DNA of 64,000 nt. It comes from Podarcis melisellensis (taxonomy: Eukaryota). The DNA lies in NCBI GenBank assembly GCA_964234715.1, contig OZ174275.1, one strand, 5' to 3'. Below are positions 1 through 12,700 of this stretch, in pieces. A program made the translations under genes and the position numbers. Position 1 is the stretch's first letter. Each line of letters starts with the position of its first letter. The notes under the pieces were generated by a model. That model was not told where the DNA came from. It made no database searches and saw nothing but the letters and a program-made list of their open reading frames with translations.

Positions 1-28
1 AACTGGACTGCCGTGTAATTTCACCTAC

Positions 29-698
29 CTGACATGCATCGCTGGATCCTATTTCTCAACCACTTCAGCAGTGGCTCCATGGTGCAACCACACACCCAGG
101 GATTGCCTCCAATCTGAAGAGTCACCAGGCCTGTGAGACCCTCCAGGACTTCAAGGCTGAGGAAAGACAGGCCCCCATAGCTGAGATCAAGGTCACGCAG
201 TTGGACCAAGCCTCGGAAAGCCTGGGGGTGCACCTTCCTCAGCCAGGGATTGTGGCTCAAGTCAATGTGCACCAGGTTGTAGGCCTCTTGGAACATGTCA
301 GCCACCAGGTGAGTCAAGTTGTTGTAGCTCAAGTCCAAGTGGGAGAGGCGCTTGGATGCCAAAAAGAGTCCAGCGGGCAACTCAACCAGGGAGTTGTTCC
401 GCAAGTCCAACACCCTCAGCTCGGAATAGCAGGTCAGGTATCCGGGAGGAATGGTAGCGATGCGGTTGTGAGCCAGGCTCAGGTTCCTGGTGTCCAACGG
501 AAGGTCTGGTGGCACCGAAAAGAGCCGAAGCCCACTGCAATCCACAACCTGGCTGCGACATGTGCACAGGACTGGGCAGCCGGTGACGGCACTGGCAAAG
601 ACCACCACCGCTGCCACAAGGAAAGGGCTCAGTATCATGGCAGGGCAGCAGTGGGGTGCAAGCTGCTCTCCTCCCAGCTGGACACAGTGGGCATTCAT
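29..698 (-). CDS. LRRC55: LRRC55 (BK channel auxiliary gamma-3 subunit), first coding exon; the gene continues left of the window
   Basis: Signal peptide, LRRNT ([15 protein letters not shown]), LRRs and LRRCT start ([25 protein letters not shown]) closely match recalled mammalian LRRC55. A phase-1 donor TCAG|GTAGGT has its GT at 28-27, so the ORF-track tail 'GR*' is read-through. A candidate acceptor ctctag| lies near 708. Confidence 0.93.
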
Positions 699-2829
699 TT
701 TGACAAGCTAGAGGCTACATGGCAGAGGGAAGGCCAATCAGGATGGGGAGAGCAGTGGGCAGGGATGCAGCCCAGCAAATGGGAGCCACCAATACAGAAA
801 GCCTGCTACATTCTGACTGGGAGGAAGGGAGGACATTGAACTCCTATTTGTCCTGCTCTTGAGGCACCTATGGGAGAACAATGTGCCAAAAAAGGGGCTG
901 TAAATAGGCCAGAAGCAGATGATTTCTGGTAGTTTTATTTAGCTGCCAAAAAAACTTTTTACTGTAAGAGGATGAAGAAGAGGAAAGAAATACATTTACC
1001 TGCATACATGCACATGTGACCACCTTGGTCTATGGAGATAATCTGTGTAAATAAAGCTGGTGGTTTTTACCCATGTTTGTTGAGCATTACATATCTTGAG
1101 CTTGAATTAAGAGACAATGTGTTCCTTTTTTTTTTTTACCTTGTGTTAGCTGGAGACATAGGCCTCTCAGAGAAGTTTTCTTTCACTCCAGAAAAAATAT
1201 ATAATCAGGCCCATAAATGTTGTTTCCAGTGACTCCACTTGTCGAACATTGAAATGGTCTTCTTCTGGAGTCACTGAGGTGTCTTTTAACAGGAGCATTT
1301 ATAAACAAAATGTGACTTTTGCAGGGTTCAATGGCTCCCCTTGCTTAATTTCCCATGTGCTGCTGTCCTGGTGTAGGCGGGGCCCTCTAGGAAAGGTGAG
1401 GAGGAACAATGGCTGGACACTAGCCACTTAGGAGTCTGTGGTTTCTCTTCTCTGGATAGAAGGTTGGCCGTCATCGCCCAGTTTGGAACTACCAAAGAGC
1501 CACAGAATCCCATAGCTGCACAGATTCATGGTGTCTCTGACTTTGAAGTGCTGATGTGGAAGCCATGTGTGACAATGGCTACAGGATCCCAAAGGCCAAG
1601 GGCAAGAGGTTGTGATGCTGTCCTTTAAGCCTGGTCTTCTTTCTCAGCAGGTGGCAACAAGACTCTGACTGTGCAACCTGCCAATGAAAACACAATGAGG
1701 ATCAAAGGCACAGAAACCATGGTATTGATCAGCTTGCATGCTTCCCCCTGATGCTGCTAGAACCACAGTTCCCCACCCCTTTCATATACTTCTTGTGGTT
1801 GCCTTCACTACATTTCACCTCTTCCTTCACCTCGCTTTACAGTATCAGCAACCATGCATTTTTCACAAGCCGCAACAGCAGCCCCTCATTTCTGATCTGA
1901 CATATTTCTGGGGACTCCACACAGCTTCCTCCTCTGTGCGTTTCTGATGTTGCAGCCATAGACTTTTGTGCAGAGAAGAAAAGCGGTGGGGGAGAGCTTT
2001 GGCATGGCTTATTTGGCAAAGGAGTAAATTCATGTTAAAAAAAAAAAAAGCCAAAGCGATCAGATTAAAATACTAGATTCAACTTTGGGGAAGTCCTTAC
2101 AAATCTCATCTCTGCAACTAATACCTACTTTTGCTCCCCTCTGGATTTCACACAAACCGGTCATTGTCCCGCAGTCAAGATGACCCACATTCTCTTTTCC
2201 TAGTCGAGGCTCAGCTGCAGGGCACCACCCTTTCATCCACAGAGGTCTGCTGAGAGGCAACTCATAGCTCCTTCCTCCACCATTAGCTGCGGAGGAGCTT
2301 TGGGCCTCCACACAAACACACCACTTGAATTTTATACTGTTGGAAGAACTAGGCCTGCGTTTCAGATTTCCCTGCATCCCTCACCATCCCTCTCCTTCAT
2401 CCCTGAGTCTCTGCACATGACTTCCTAGAGGCTCTTCCCTAACTTGGACCACACTTCCATTCTTGCCTCTCTCTTCCCACACCCCTCTCCTTCCAAAGCT
2501 TTCTTCCTTCTCCACTGCCATTCTCCCCTCTCTCCGTCTCTGTTTTCTGTTGTCTCCTCCTCCTCCAGCAAGAACGACCTGGATGCCCTGCAGAGCGCAC
2601 ATCCTATTTGCCCTCTCCCCACTCATCCTTGCCATGTCCTCTTTCCACCCATCGCCTCTTCTCCATGACACCCCATTGTCAAATGCACCCTTCATCCTCA
2701 CCCGCTGGACACACCCTGCTCACACAAGGCAGGGAGTACCCAAGCCTTAGTTTTCCCACAGACGCACAGCACACAGGCACCCCCTCTTCATTTCTCCCCC
2801 GTCACATCATCAATTTTATTTTGTTCAAA

Positions 2830-2850
2830 GGAGATACTTACTCTGAGCAG
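2830..2850 (-). promoter_or_regulatory. Candidate splice donor of an upstream non-coding LRRC55 exon
   Basis: Minus strand reads CAGA|GTAAGTAT (GT at 2841-2840), next to a purine/pyrimidine-skewed, promoter-like region at about 2400-3450. No transcript evidence. Confidence 0.3.
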
Positions 2851-4245
2851 AGGGTGGCTGTTTTTTGGTTGGAGCTCAGCTCAGCTCTGGTGCTGCGGAC
2901 TCCTGTGCTGGTTCCTTCCCATTCAACTGTGCTTCTTGCTTCCTTTCATCCTTTCATCCTTCCTTTCATCTGCACCTCCAAAAGACAGAGATTCTGACAG
3001 TCTTCTCATTGAATTGCAGCTACTGTTGCACGCTCTCTCTCTCTCTGATTTCAGCCAGGTCTTTCCCCACCTCCTCTTCCCTCCTTCTCCCTCTCCCGAC
3101 ACCCCCCCTCTTTTTCCCCCTTGAGGGCCAGGTACTGACGTTTCACTGTCTCTTAGCAACTGCCTCCTCATCTCTGAGCAACAGGAGAGCTGGCTGCAGA
3201 CCCCACTGAGCTGATGGGGGTGGGGGGAGAGAAGAAGAAGGATGAAGCAACAGAGGATGGAATAAAAAGCGCACCCATGGAATCCCAGAGATGGGGGGGG
3301 CCACGTATCCTGGAGGGAGTGGGAAAGCAGAATCAGGCAGACGGGGGCGGCTGGAGATCTAGGAGACAGACAGGGGCAGAAAACGAGGAGGCAAACAGGG
3401 ACACACAGAGACACGGAAATTGAGAGCGGGGGAAAAGACTGGGAATAAACAAGATATGCCAGGGAAGCAGCTTCTCATTGCTGACTCGGATTCTTAGACT
3501 GCGAACACACTGTGCATTTAAAGAACATTTTCCCCTCAAAGGATCACAGAGCTATAATTCCAAGCACCCATAGGAAACTACAGTTCCCATAATTCTTTGG
3601 AGTGGGTGGGGGACTGAGCTGAGTGTCTACAGAAAGGGGGGCATAAATCTAAGGTCAGAAGGCAATTCCTTGCCTCTTCCTACAGATGATGGCTTTTAAG
3701 TTGGAGACCAACTCTTCTCTTCGCCAACAACCTTGAGGCACCAGACATCCTGCCCAGAAGCCATATTAGCTTTCCCTTTGTGGCCTGTGGCCACTTCACA
3801 GAGCTTTTGATTAGTTATTTAACACTCTCCACATGTGTGTGTGGAGTTATTTTCCCTCCTTTCCCTGTGGGGGTTTGGCACCTATTAGGGGGACGTTTCA
3901 TGTCTGTTTTCCCCATTGCCTCTTGCTGGCATCTGGTGGGAAGACAGATGGTGTAAAAACCCCAGGAGAGAGGTTGCTCTTTTCCTTTTGTGTATGGAGC
4001 TCTCCCTTGGGTAGATATTAATTGGTTTTATTTCAAGATCCCAATAGGCTCCAAAGGGACCTCCCACCTGAAACGGACTTCACAAATGCAGATCTATCCT
4101 TTGCCATCTAAACTTCACAAAGGCACAGCGGTGGGTAAATATTGCCTCATTTCCTTCCTCAGAAGCACAGCATTTCTGCCTGTGCTACTTTAGAAACCTC
4201 ACCAGGTATGACTCAGGAGAACAAAGCCTGCCAAATGTCAGAGAG

Positions 4246-4505
4246 CAGTCTTTCCCAACCTGGTGCCCTCCAGATGTCATTAGACTACAATTCCCATCTT
4301 CCCTAAACATTGCCTTTGCTGCCTGGAGTTGATGGAATTTGCAGTCCATTGATGGGGAACCTGTAGCCCTTCAGATGCTGTAGGGCTCCTGTTCCTGTCA
4401 GGCCTAGCCAACGGTCAGGGATGATGGGAGTTGTAGTCCACAAAGAGATTCCTCCACTCCTGTTGAAGTCTAAAATATCTGTAGGGCACCAGGTCGAGGG
4501 AAGGA
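4246..4505. mobile_element. Two nested, degenerate palindromic hAT-type MITEs
   Basis: Typical squamate fold-back motifs gactacaattcccatc ... gatgggagttgtagtcc. Outer ends are cagtctttcccaacctggtgccc / gggcaccaggtcgagggaagg. Confidence 0.5.
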
Positions 4506-4750
4506 CATAATAGAGTGTTCTTGATGGTATTTGCCAGTTGTCTGGCTACCAGTGAGATTTGTAGCCTGTAAAGCTACAGCCAGGGTTTAACTTAGCACTG
4601 CACAAATCTCCAAAAATAGGCTCTCAGCCCTGAGTCTAGAGACTAGATGGCCTACATCCTCCTGCAAGGCCTCTTCAATATATTTTTCTGCACAACAGCA
4701 AATGAGGCACAACAGCAAATGGAACCTATGCAAGTTCCAGCTCTGATAGC

Positions 4751-4753
<3 letters not shown>

Positions 4754-4820
<67 letters not shown>
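4754..4820. repeat. Compound microsatellite (GT)n(GA)n
   Basis: Directly visible. Confidence 0.95.
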
Positions 4821-4825
<5 letters not shown>

Positions 4826-5404
4826 CACACAACTTAAAAGAGAGAGCTCTTTTCAAATAGTGTGTGACCTGCTATGCCAACTTCGGCAATAGATCAGGAC
4901 TAAGATAATGAACGTGTACCTCTGTACCATTGTTGTGTGACAACAATGATCTGTTTTGTTTTGTTGAAAAGAATAAAAATATTGTTGCATGTCACCCTAA
5001 TCTCTGAGTGGTGGGAGATACTCAGGGTTCACGTTTCCCTTGGAATGAGGCATAGTGAAGACTGTGGTGTCTTTAGGATATATGGTTTGTTCACACATAT
5101 CTACTGTGTATCCTGAGCCTATGATGGAGGGGTTCACAGCATTAACACCCATACAGGGCCCTGGACTCGAACAGAAATCAGAGCAATCTCTCTTGGTTCC
5201 CAGTTTGCTGCTCACTCCAAACTTTAAACTCTGGCTTTTTCCTTCTAACTATTCACGAGTTGGGGGGGGGCTCTCCACCTATTTGCTGTCTCACGCTGAT
5301 CCCCTTTCCTTTGTTCCTCTTAATGGCCCATCACCCAGGTGATCGCCTCACCAGGAAGCTAGCATGGCTTATATTTTAACACTTCCTGGATCCAGGGATT
5401 AGAA

Positions 5405-5446
5405 GAATTCAGGGGTTAGAAGGGTCTCCTTCTAACCCCTGAATTC
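5405..5446. repeat. Perfect inverted repeat, 19-bp arms, 4-nt loop
   Basis: gaattcaggggttagaagg-gtct-ccttctaacccctgaattc. Confidence 0.9.
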
Positions 5447-6618
5447 CTACATCCCCTCTCCCAAACTCATAACATGATATATCATACTTTTTTAAAAAAA
5501 AGATACACAGAATCCAAGGCCAGTCAAGTTATGTTGACACCTGAGGTCGAAAAACTTGTAAGTGCTTCTGTCCTGGGCCTTACCTGGCAGTAAAAATACA
5601 AGAAAAAAATTAAATAACTAACAATATGCTGTCCTTTCATTTGCTAGAATTGCAACTGTATTATCACACTTTTAAAATACGATGTTAGCATAGTTTCCTC
5701 TGCCCTACCATTATAGCTTCCCGTCTTCTCTATATTTGTTCACCACCCCGCCCCCCGCTTTTCTTTCTCTAAGATGTACCTGTCATTATCCTTCATGGAC
5801 CAGCAGTTTTGTGACAGCCTGGAGAAAATGAGACTGCTGGCATCAGCGAAAAGCCGAGGAAGCCCCAGGGTCTATTTAAGCAGAAACTTCTGGGGCGAAC
5901 AGGAAATGAATTGGAAAGATCAAGAATGACACAATTGGGGGAAGAGGAGACAGCGGAGACTGAGGGAGGTAGAATGAGGTAAGGCAACCTTGGATCCAGC
6001 TTTCACACAACAGAGGAGAAGAGAAACCTGATAGAATCAGGCCATATTATTTACCCCATAGGGTAAATGTCGGTGATAGATAGCAAGCACCGGCCTCTGA
6101 ACCCTGGTTGCTATTTCTCAACTGAAAATGGCAATGCGAGGGATCTTTTGTTGCTCAGGGGAGAAGCAGTGTGTTTATGGTGATGCTCTACCCCTTCTGT
6201 ATTTACTGCTTTCCCAGCTGCTTTCCTCCACCTGGCACAGAAGATACGCAACCAGGAGGAAGAGGGCTTTCAGGAGGAAGAGTGGTAGGCAGGGTGCGTC
6301 TTAAGCCCGCCCTGCTTCTCCCCTGCAAGACACCTCTGCAACTTTGCAGAGGATAATATTGGCCAGTGTGGTGGGACCAGTAGTAGTTGGTGGACTGTAG
6401 ACTTGGAGGGGTTGCTTGGCAGTCCCAGACGTTGCGTGAGCAAGGCCAACTTGCTCTGGTTTTCTCCCCATCCTCCTCCCTGGCAAAGAGCAGTGGACAC
6501 GTAAGCAGTGCTGCTCTAGCAAACCTGTGATATAATAAAGGAACATCACAATGTGAGCAATTTGTTGTTATCGTGGCTATTATGGCGTGCCTCTAAACAA
6601 ATGTCACTTCATTTAGAT

Positions 6619-7080
6619 CAGTGTTTTTCAACCACTGTTCCGCGGCACACTAGTGTGCCACGAGATGTTGCCTGGTGTGCCGTGGGGAAAATGGAAAATT
6701 CGAAAGATTTTTTTAAATAAAAAAGTCAAATTTTCGCCCACTAGGCAGGCGCCGGACTGTGTCCACCCTATTTTCCTGGGTGGGGATCAGATCGGATGGG
6801 ATCGGATGAGAGCGGACAGGCGGTCCACTCTCATCCGATTCCCCATAGAGAGCAGCAGGGCTCTGACATCTCCCTCTCCGCACACAGTGTGGGGACGGAG
6901 CTGTCATCCACCGGCTCAGCGGGGATCAGCGGATCGATCCCCGCTGAGCAGAGAACGGTCCGCAACGTTTTTGTTTGCCATTAAAGAAAAAAATATTAAA
7001 CATTTTCTAATGGTGGTGTGCCTTGTGATTTTTTTCATGAAACAAGTGTGCCTTTGCCCAAAAAAGGTTGAAAAACACTG
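6619..7080. mobile_element. Non-autonomous hAT (Charlie-like) element, 462 bp
   Basis: Perfect 15-bp TIR cagtgtttttcaacc/ggttgaaaaacactg. Perfect 8-bp TSD atttagat at 6611-6618 and 7081-7088. Confidence 0.93.
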
Positions 7081-7129
7081 ATTTAGATGATCTTCTCTGT
7101 AAGAGCATTCTGGAAGCAATCCTATCCCA

Positions 7130-7260
7130 TGTACACTTGGCCATGAAGTGGCTCACTGTGTGACCTTGGTCCAGGCACTGCCTCTCAGCAAAATTGCTAT
7201 GAAGAAAACGTGTCACCTTGAGCTTCTTGGATAAAAGGTGGGATATAATCAATCAATACA
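7130..7260 (+). mobile_element. Degenerate Squam3/L2-tailed SINE remnant
   Basis: ttggccatgaag...tgaccttgg...ccttgagc...aaaaggtgggatataa resembles the body and tail of the SINE at 26870-27845. Confidence 0.45.
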
Positions 7261-8938
7261 TTGTTTTCTATTAATCATAATCATGTACATAGAGCCCTGC
7301 TGGGACAGCCTGGCATTCTGTTCCTGGCCAGATGCCTATGTAAACCGCAATAGCTGAACTGAGCAATGTTCTGCAGCAAGAGAGCAACCGTGCAACATAA
7401 TCCTATGGATGTTAAGTCCTTCTGTATTAGATGGCACTTACTCCTATGTTAAGTGTATGAAGAAATCAGATTTTTCTAGCATCCTTTTTACATCTTGCTC
7501 CAAGACAGATGATGACAAACAAAAATAGCCAAACAAGCCAGGACGTCTTAGGATTCCCATAGAAAGTTCTCTCACATGCGTGGTACCTGAGAACTCTCAA
7601 TTAAGTTACTTAGATATAACACCAGAGATATCTGAAATCTTACATATCAATTTAACATGGAATTCATGCAGCTTTTAAGCAAAATCCACACCACATCGCA
7701 CATGTGTGAATACATTTCTAGTTGGAGAAATGCAGAGTGAGAATATTAATCCCCCCAGTACGATGGGGGACTTTGTGAATCTGTCCAGAGTTTCATAGAA
7801 GCATAGGATTGTGGAGTTGGAAGATGGCGGAAGTCTCACACATCAAGTTAACACGGCATTTGAAGGCTTTTAAGCAAGATGTACACCACATATTCACAAA
7901 GTCTCCCACCATATTAAAAAACGATTAAAGCAAATCACAGTCGCAGCAACAGAGTGGCTCTTAAAACTCACACATACTTTAGATGACAAAGGTTAAAGGG
8001 TTGGGGCTCTGGTAGGACACCCAGTGGTGGTGGGGGATGATGCCCCTCAATATTGGGGGGCCTGGCCCCCCTGATTCAAAATATTGAGGGAGCTGGAGCC
8101 CCCAGCACTCCCTATACCTGGTGCCAGTGCCTCTGACCCAGCCCACTGCAGGTATGTGATCCCTGCAGGGTTGCCTAGAAGAGAATGTGGCCCTCAGTCA
8201 GCATGATGGTATCAGATCTCTTCCCCAACTTGAACCAACAATCCTTTGTGCACAAGGAACAACTGGTATGCAGGAGGCAAGGGCAAGGGCAGGGTGTGTG
8301 TTTTCAGGTTCCCTAGTTGATTCTATACAGTTTAAAGTAGCTGAAAAAGACTGCTGTGTTGTGATTATAAGGGGTGATGGCTAGTGCTAGAGGGCTGGGT
8401 TGTTACACAGGCATACACTTCTCTGTGTGTTTGCATGGTAATAGTGCTGTCATTTATGCATCTTCATTGTGTAGTCGTCAGTTGCATCTGTTGGTGTGTT
8501 TGTGCTGGGCTGACTGTCATCTCTGAGTTGGTTTGACAGATGGATCTTGGCTGGATCTGTATTCGATAGTTATTTCTGTATTTTTGGCAGAAAGGCTGCC
8601 TTTTATGTATGTGGATTTATGTTAGTTTGTTGAGCCTATCACTTTGGATATTGACGCTATGCCTCCGGGAGGATTTCCATAGCTGTGTTGACTCTGGGCG
8701 GAAATACATGCTGGCAGATTGCATGGGTACCAGAGGGCTGCTTCCTAGCAGACATTTTGTACTTGAAAATGGATTCCCAATAACAAAGTACCCAAATATG
8801 TCAGTGAGGAAGGGTGACCCGCTTTAAAAACAAATATTAGTTGAGCCCAAGTAAGAAAAAGTCAGTTTATATCCATGGGATGAGCTCCCTTTGTTAACTG
8901 GGAAACCCAGCCAGATGTGTTTTTTAAATAAATGCTAA

Positions 8939-8971
<33 letters not shown>

Positions 8972-8979
8972 ATTAATTT

Positions 8980-9100
8980 GTGTGTCTGATGAAATGGACT
9001 GAGGTCCCTGAAACTTTCTGTCATGATAAATGTGCTAGCTTTATAGGTGCCACAAGACTCTGTTTTTGCCACAACAGAATAACACGACTGCTGTTCTGGA
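8980..9100 (+). mobile_element. Penelope-like element terminal remnant with a degenerate hammerhead ribozyme core
   Basis: CTGATGA (8986-8992), ggac/tgag/gtcc stem, GAAA (9010-9013), then aggtgccacaagactc...acagaataacacgact, resembling squamate Penelope termini. Confidence 0.55.
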
Positions 9101-10737
9101 ACAGTGTAAACAAATATACCTTTTTACTTTTGTTGGAAATTTAGACTGCAAATGGCTCTGGTTACTATCCATTTCTTTGCTTGTCATGTATCGGGCTTTG
9201 TATTGACGTTGGGTGAACAGCTTGTCACAGGATATATTTGTTATGTGTCATGTTATGTACTTTACAGCAGACAAGGGAGTGCAGGCATACAGAGTAATTG
9301 GTCAAGCAAACAGTCCCCTCCTAGTCTGACTCACTGACTGCTACGGCTGCTGCTTTTGAGAGAACAAGGTGCTGAGGGTGTATGTGTGGGACCCACACAT
9401 GGCAACTGAGATCTTTGCAGGGGAAGGCTCTGGAGAGAGCCAGGAGAAGGCATGTGGGTGAACAGGCAACATGCCTGTAAATCCCAGTTGCTGGAAATCA
9501 CAATCAGGGGCCTTTGCTTCTCATCCAGCAGGGCTCTTCTTATCTTTTTAAGGAGATGAAGGTAATGAGGAGAACTTATGCATTTCGCTTTGTGTCAAAC
9601 ACTTGAGGGCAATAAATGGTCTGGCTGAGGGAGCCATGGTGGCACCACAAAAACAGTAGTGGCAGGTGTGGTGGGGCAGAGCCACTCCCCTGGCTGATGT
9701 TAGTTTCTCTGCAGCTCACCTGGGCAGCACTGGGATGTGGCTGGGCGGTGGCTACGTTGGGGCTGGAAGAGAGCTCATCAAGGCTTCCTTTTGTGCCATA
9801 TTTCCAGGCACAGGCCCACAGTTTAAAGCTCAGTGTCAGAACCCTCTTCCCCCTGACTGGCACTTCCCCAGTGAAAACCCACTCTTCAGTTCTGCAGCGA
9901 ACTCAAATTGCTGTTTCTTCTGATTGCTCTAAAGAATGGGTTTTCCTGGGGACAGCGGCAGGGCAGGGGGAGAGCATTCTGACATGGAGCTTTAAACTGT
10001 GGAGCAGCACCATTTAAGTAAGCTATAGCAATGACACTACAGTAGTCTTATCCATACTTTCTCTTGTCCTACTGCTTCCCCCCAGGGAAAACTGCTCTTT
10101 ACAGCTCAGTCAGAGCAAACAGCAATTCAGGGTTTCCCCAAATTGCCGTTTCGTTCTGATCTTTTGATAAAGAGTGGGTTTTCCCTTAGAAAAGAGCAGG
10201 GCAAGGGGAAAAAACCACTTGGACCCTTGCCTAAAAAGCATGGGTCAAGCGGAAAATGGCTCCAACCTGTACTTTTGAGGCATGACACAAATACGTGTGG
10301 ACGAGCCCACTGCCAGCTGCTACTGACAGTGCTGACTATCTGACGTGGATTGAGGATGTGTGCAGAAAGGTGCTGCACTCAAGTCATTGCCTAAATGTCA
10401 TTCTCTAAAGAGCCCGAGGTAGGCCTACTACCTGCTCCTTATTTATTCGTGAGATGTAAATTGCATGAAGCAACTTAAATCTAATACAAAGATGACATTT
10501 TAAAATCAAGAACTGTTAATGTTCTGCCACACAAAACAGGCCATTTTCTTATGGCTGTGTACACACTATAAAGCATGTTTGAAACACATTTCCACCTCAA
10601 AGAATTCTTGGCACCGTCATTGGGAATTATAACTCTGTGAGGGGTAAACGACAGTACCCAGAATTCTTTCAGGGGGGAAAGGTGCTCTGAATGTGCTTTA
10701 AAGGGATAGTGTGTAATTAGCCATAGATAATCTCACA

Positions 10738-11090
10738 GACACGGGTGGCGCTGTGGGTAAAACCTCAGTGCCTAGGACTTGCCAATCGCATGGTCGGGGG
10801 TTCGAATCCCTGCGGCGGGGTGCGCTCCCGTCGTTCGGTCCCAGCGCCTGCCAACCTAGCAGTTCGAAAGCACCCTCGGGTGCAAGTAGATAAATAGGGA
10901 CCGCTTACCAGCAGGAAGGTAAACGGCGTTCCGTGTGCTGCGCTGGCTCGCCAGATGCAGCTTGTCACGCTGGCCACGTGACCCGGAAGTGTCTGCGGAC
11001 AGCGCTGGCTCCCGGCCTATAGAGTGAGATGAGCGCACAACCGTAGAGTCTGGCAAGACTGGCCCATATGGGCAGGGGTACCTTTACCTT
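10738..11090 (+). mobile_element. Sauria SINE (Squam1), full length
   Basis: A box tggcgctgtggg, B box ggttcgaatcc, characteristic core (gcagttcgaaagcac...gtagataaataggg), (accttt)n tail. 10-bp TSD taatctcaca at 10728-10737 and 11091-11100. Confidence 0.92.
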
Positions 11091-12492
11091 TAATCTCACA
11101 AACGTGTTCTTTATTCTGGAGCTCTTTGGCTGACATTTTTAGCTAGGGGTTAACATCAACAAATATCACAGGCTCAGGGAGACAGCATTTGTATCAGCAT
11201 TTCTTTAGTTGGTGTCATGGACAGGCTGACACATGAAGCAAATGAAATGAATTATTCAATAAAATGACCCACCAAATGAGCCTGAAGAGGGTGGCCTGAA
11301 TCACTTCCATGACAAGAAGACTCAAGAGATGTTCACATTATTTAAAAGATAGGAACATAATTGATAATTCTGAACAATATAAACAATATAAACAATTCTA
11401 GTGTTCAACCACTAAAATGGCTGGATTAAAAACAAGAAGCACTCTCTGGGAAAGAATTGAATCAAAAAGTTTAGTTTCCTTGCAGATTTTGAAAATAAGA
11501 AAATGTGAACCCCCATGAAAAATTCTGGAAGCAAACATTGTATAGGTGTGGATCAAAGTATTGCTTGCACCCCCTAAATAATAAAAGCAGATCTCATCAA
11601 GCTCTGTTCCCTGTGTGACATTTTGGGGCAGCGTGGCAGCTGGAGGAAGCTTTGCTGTGTGTCACAGTCAAAGAAAGCTTCAGCATCTTCTCTTCCAGTT
11701 GCCTGACCGCCTTCACCCACGATAGCCCACTTCTTAATGGATGGTGATGAGTGAAAGGTTGCCGTGAAAGCTGGTGGGCAGCACTGATTGGTCCTGGCTG
11801 AAGAACAGATGTCAGGATGGATATAAACATGGGGGAGATAAAAGAATGACAGCATATTGGTCAGATTCTTCAAAGGGCTCCCTGGAAAACCTTTGTGCCA
11901 AGTTGTTTAGTTTAATCCTGAATTCACCCAGAGATGTGCATGAACTTGCACACACCCATTTGTCAGCCTCCAGGCCTAGAGCAGCTCATATCAGCTGCCC
12001 TCTGATAAATAAGTTAACAGGGCTGACAGCAGTCTTGGGGTCACATGAGTTACAAGGCTGAAAGTACTGCCTGCCAATGGGTTTCTGTGAGCAGAAAATG
12101 TGGTGGTGTACTATTGCCACCTGCTGGAATTCTCTGCAAACAGAAATTTGACAGATTTGACGAGCTTAAATCCTGTAGTGCATTTATTGAACCAGAGCTG
12201 GGGTTCATTATGTCCAACAGCCACAAAAGTGCCTGTTGTCTCTGTCATGTGCATTTTGAGCACTGCTGGTGTCCACAGTTGTCGCCGCTGCTCTCTGGAA
12301 GCTGGCACAAAATCTTGCTCTTGAGGATGCAGCTATGGAGAGACAGTGCAGATTTCCCACCCATTCTTTGTAAGACATTTGCCTAAAATATACTCCCAAA
12401 GTGCTGTTTCTCCTTTTGGATCTTGTAAAACCCAGTCACCTAGAGAAGAAACAATGGCTTCTTATTGAGACAAATGGGCTCTTCCTAACATT

Positions 12493-12700
12493 AAGAACAT
12501 AAGAGGCGGTTTCCTGGATCAGGCCAATGACCCACCTAGTCCAGCATCCTGTTCTCACAGTGGCCAACCAGATGCCTATGGGAAACCACTCCTCGCTCCT
12601 GTGGTTTTCAGCAACTGGTATTCAGTAGCATTTCTGCCTCCCACTCTGGAGGCGGATCACAGCCATTGTGGCTAGTAGCATGAATAGCTCTCTCCTCCAT
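12493..12700 (-). mobile_element. CR1 LINE 3' fragment
   Basis: aagaacataaga...ctggatcaggcc...agtccagcatcctgttctcacagtggccaacc. A second copy lies at about 39272-39400. Confidence 0.6.

Noticed and set aside
201-839. 212-aa plus-strand ORF overlapping LRRC55
   Set aside because: Antisense shadow of the LRR exon.
2380-3540. Multiple 60-160 aa ORFs upstream of LRRC55
   Set aside because: Low-complexity purine/pyrimidine-skewed sequence with no recognisable domains.
5810-6607. Possible ~800-bp solo LTR (tgtgaca...tgtcac, TATTTAA, AATAAA at 6534)
   Set aside because: The 3' terminus is imperfect and I found no TSD, so it is not supportable.
10738-10815. tRNA gene (A and B boxes; also 23200-23268)
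   Set aside because: These are tRNA-derived SINE heads continuing into SINE bodies; no full cloverleaf.
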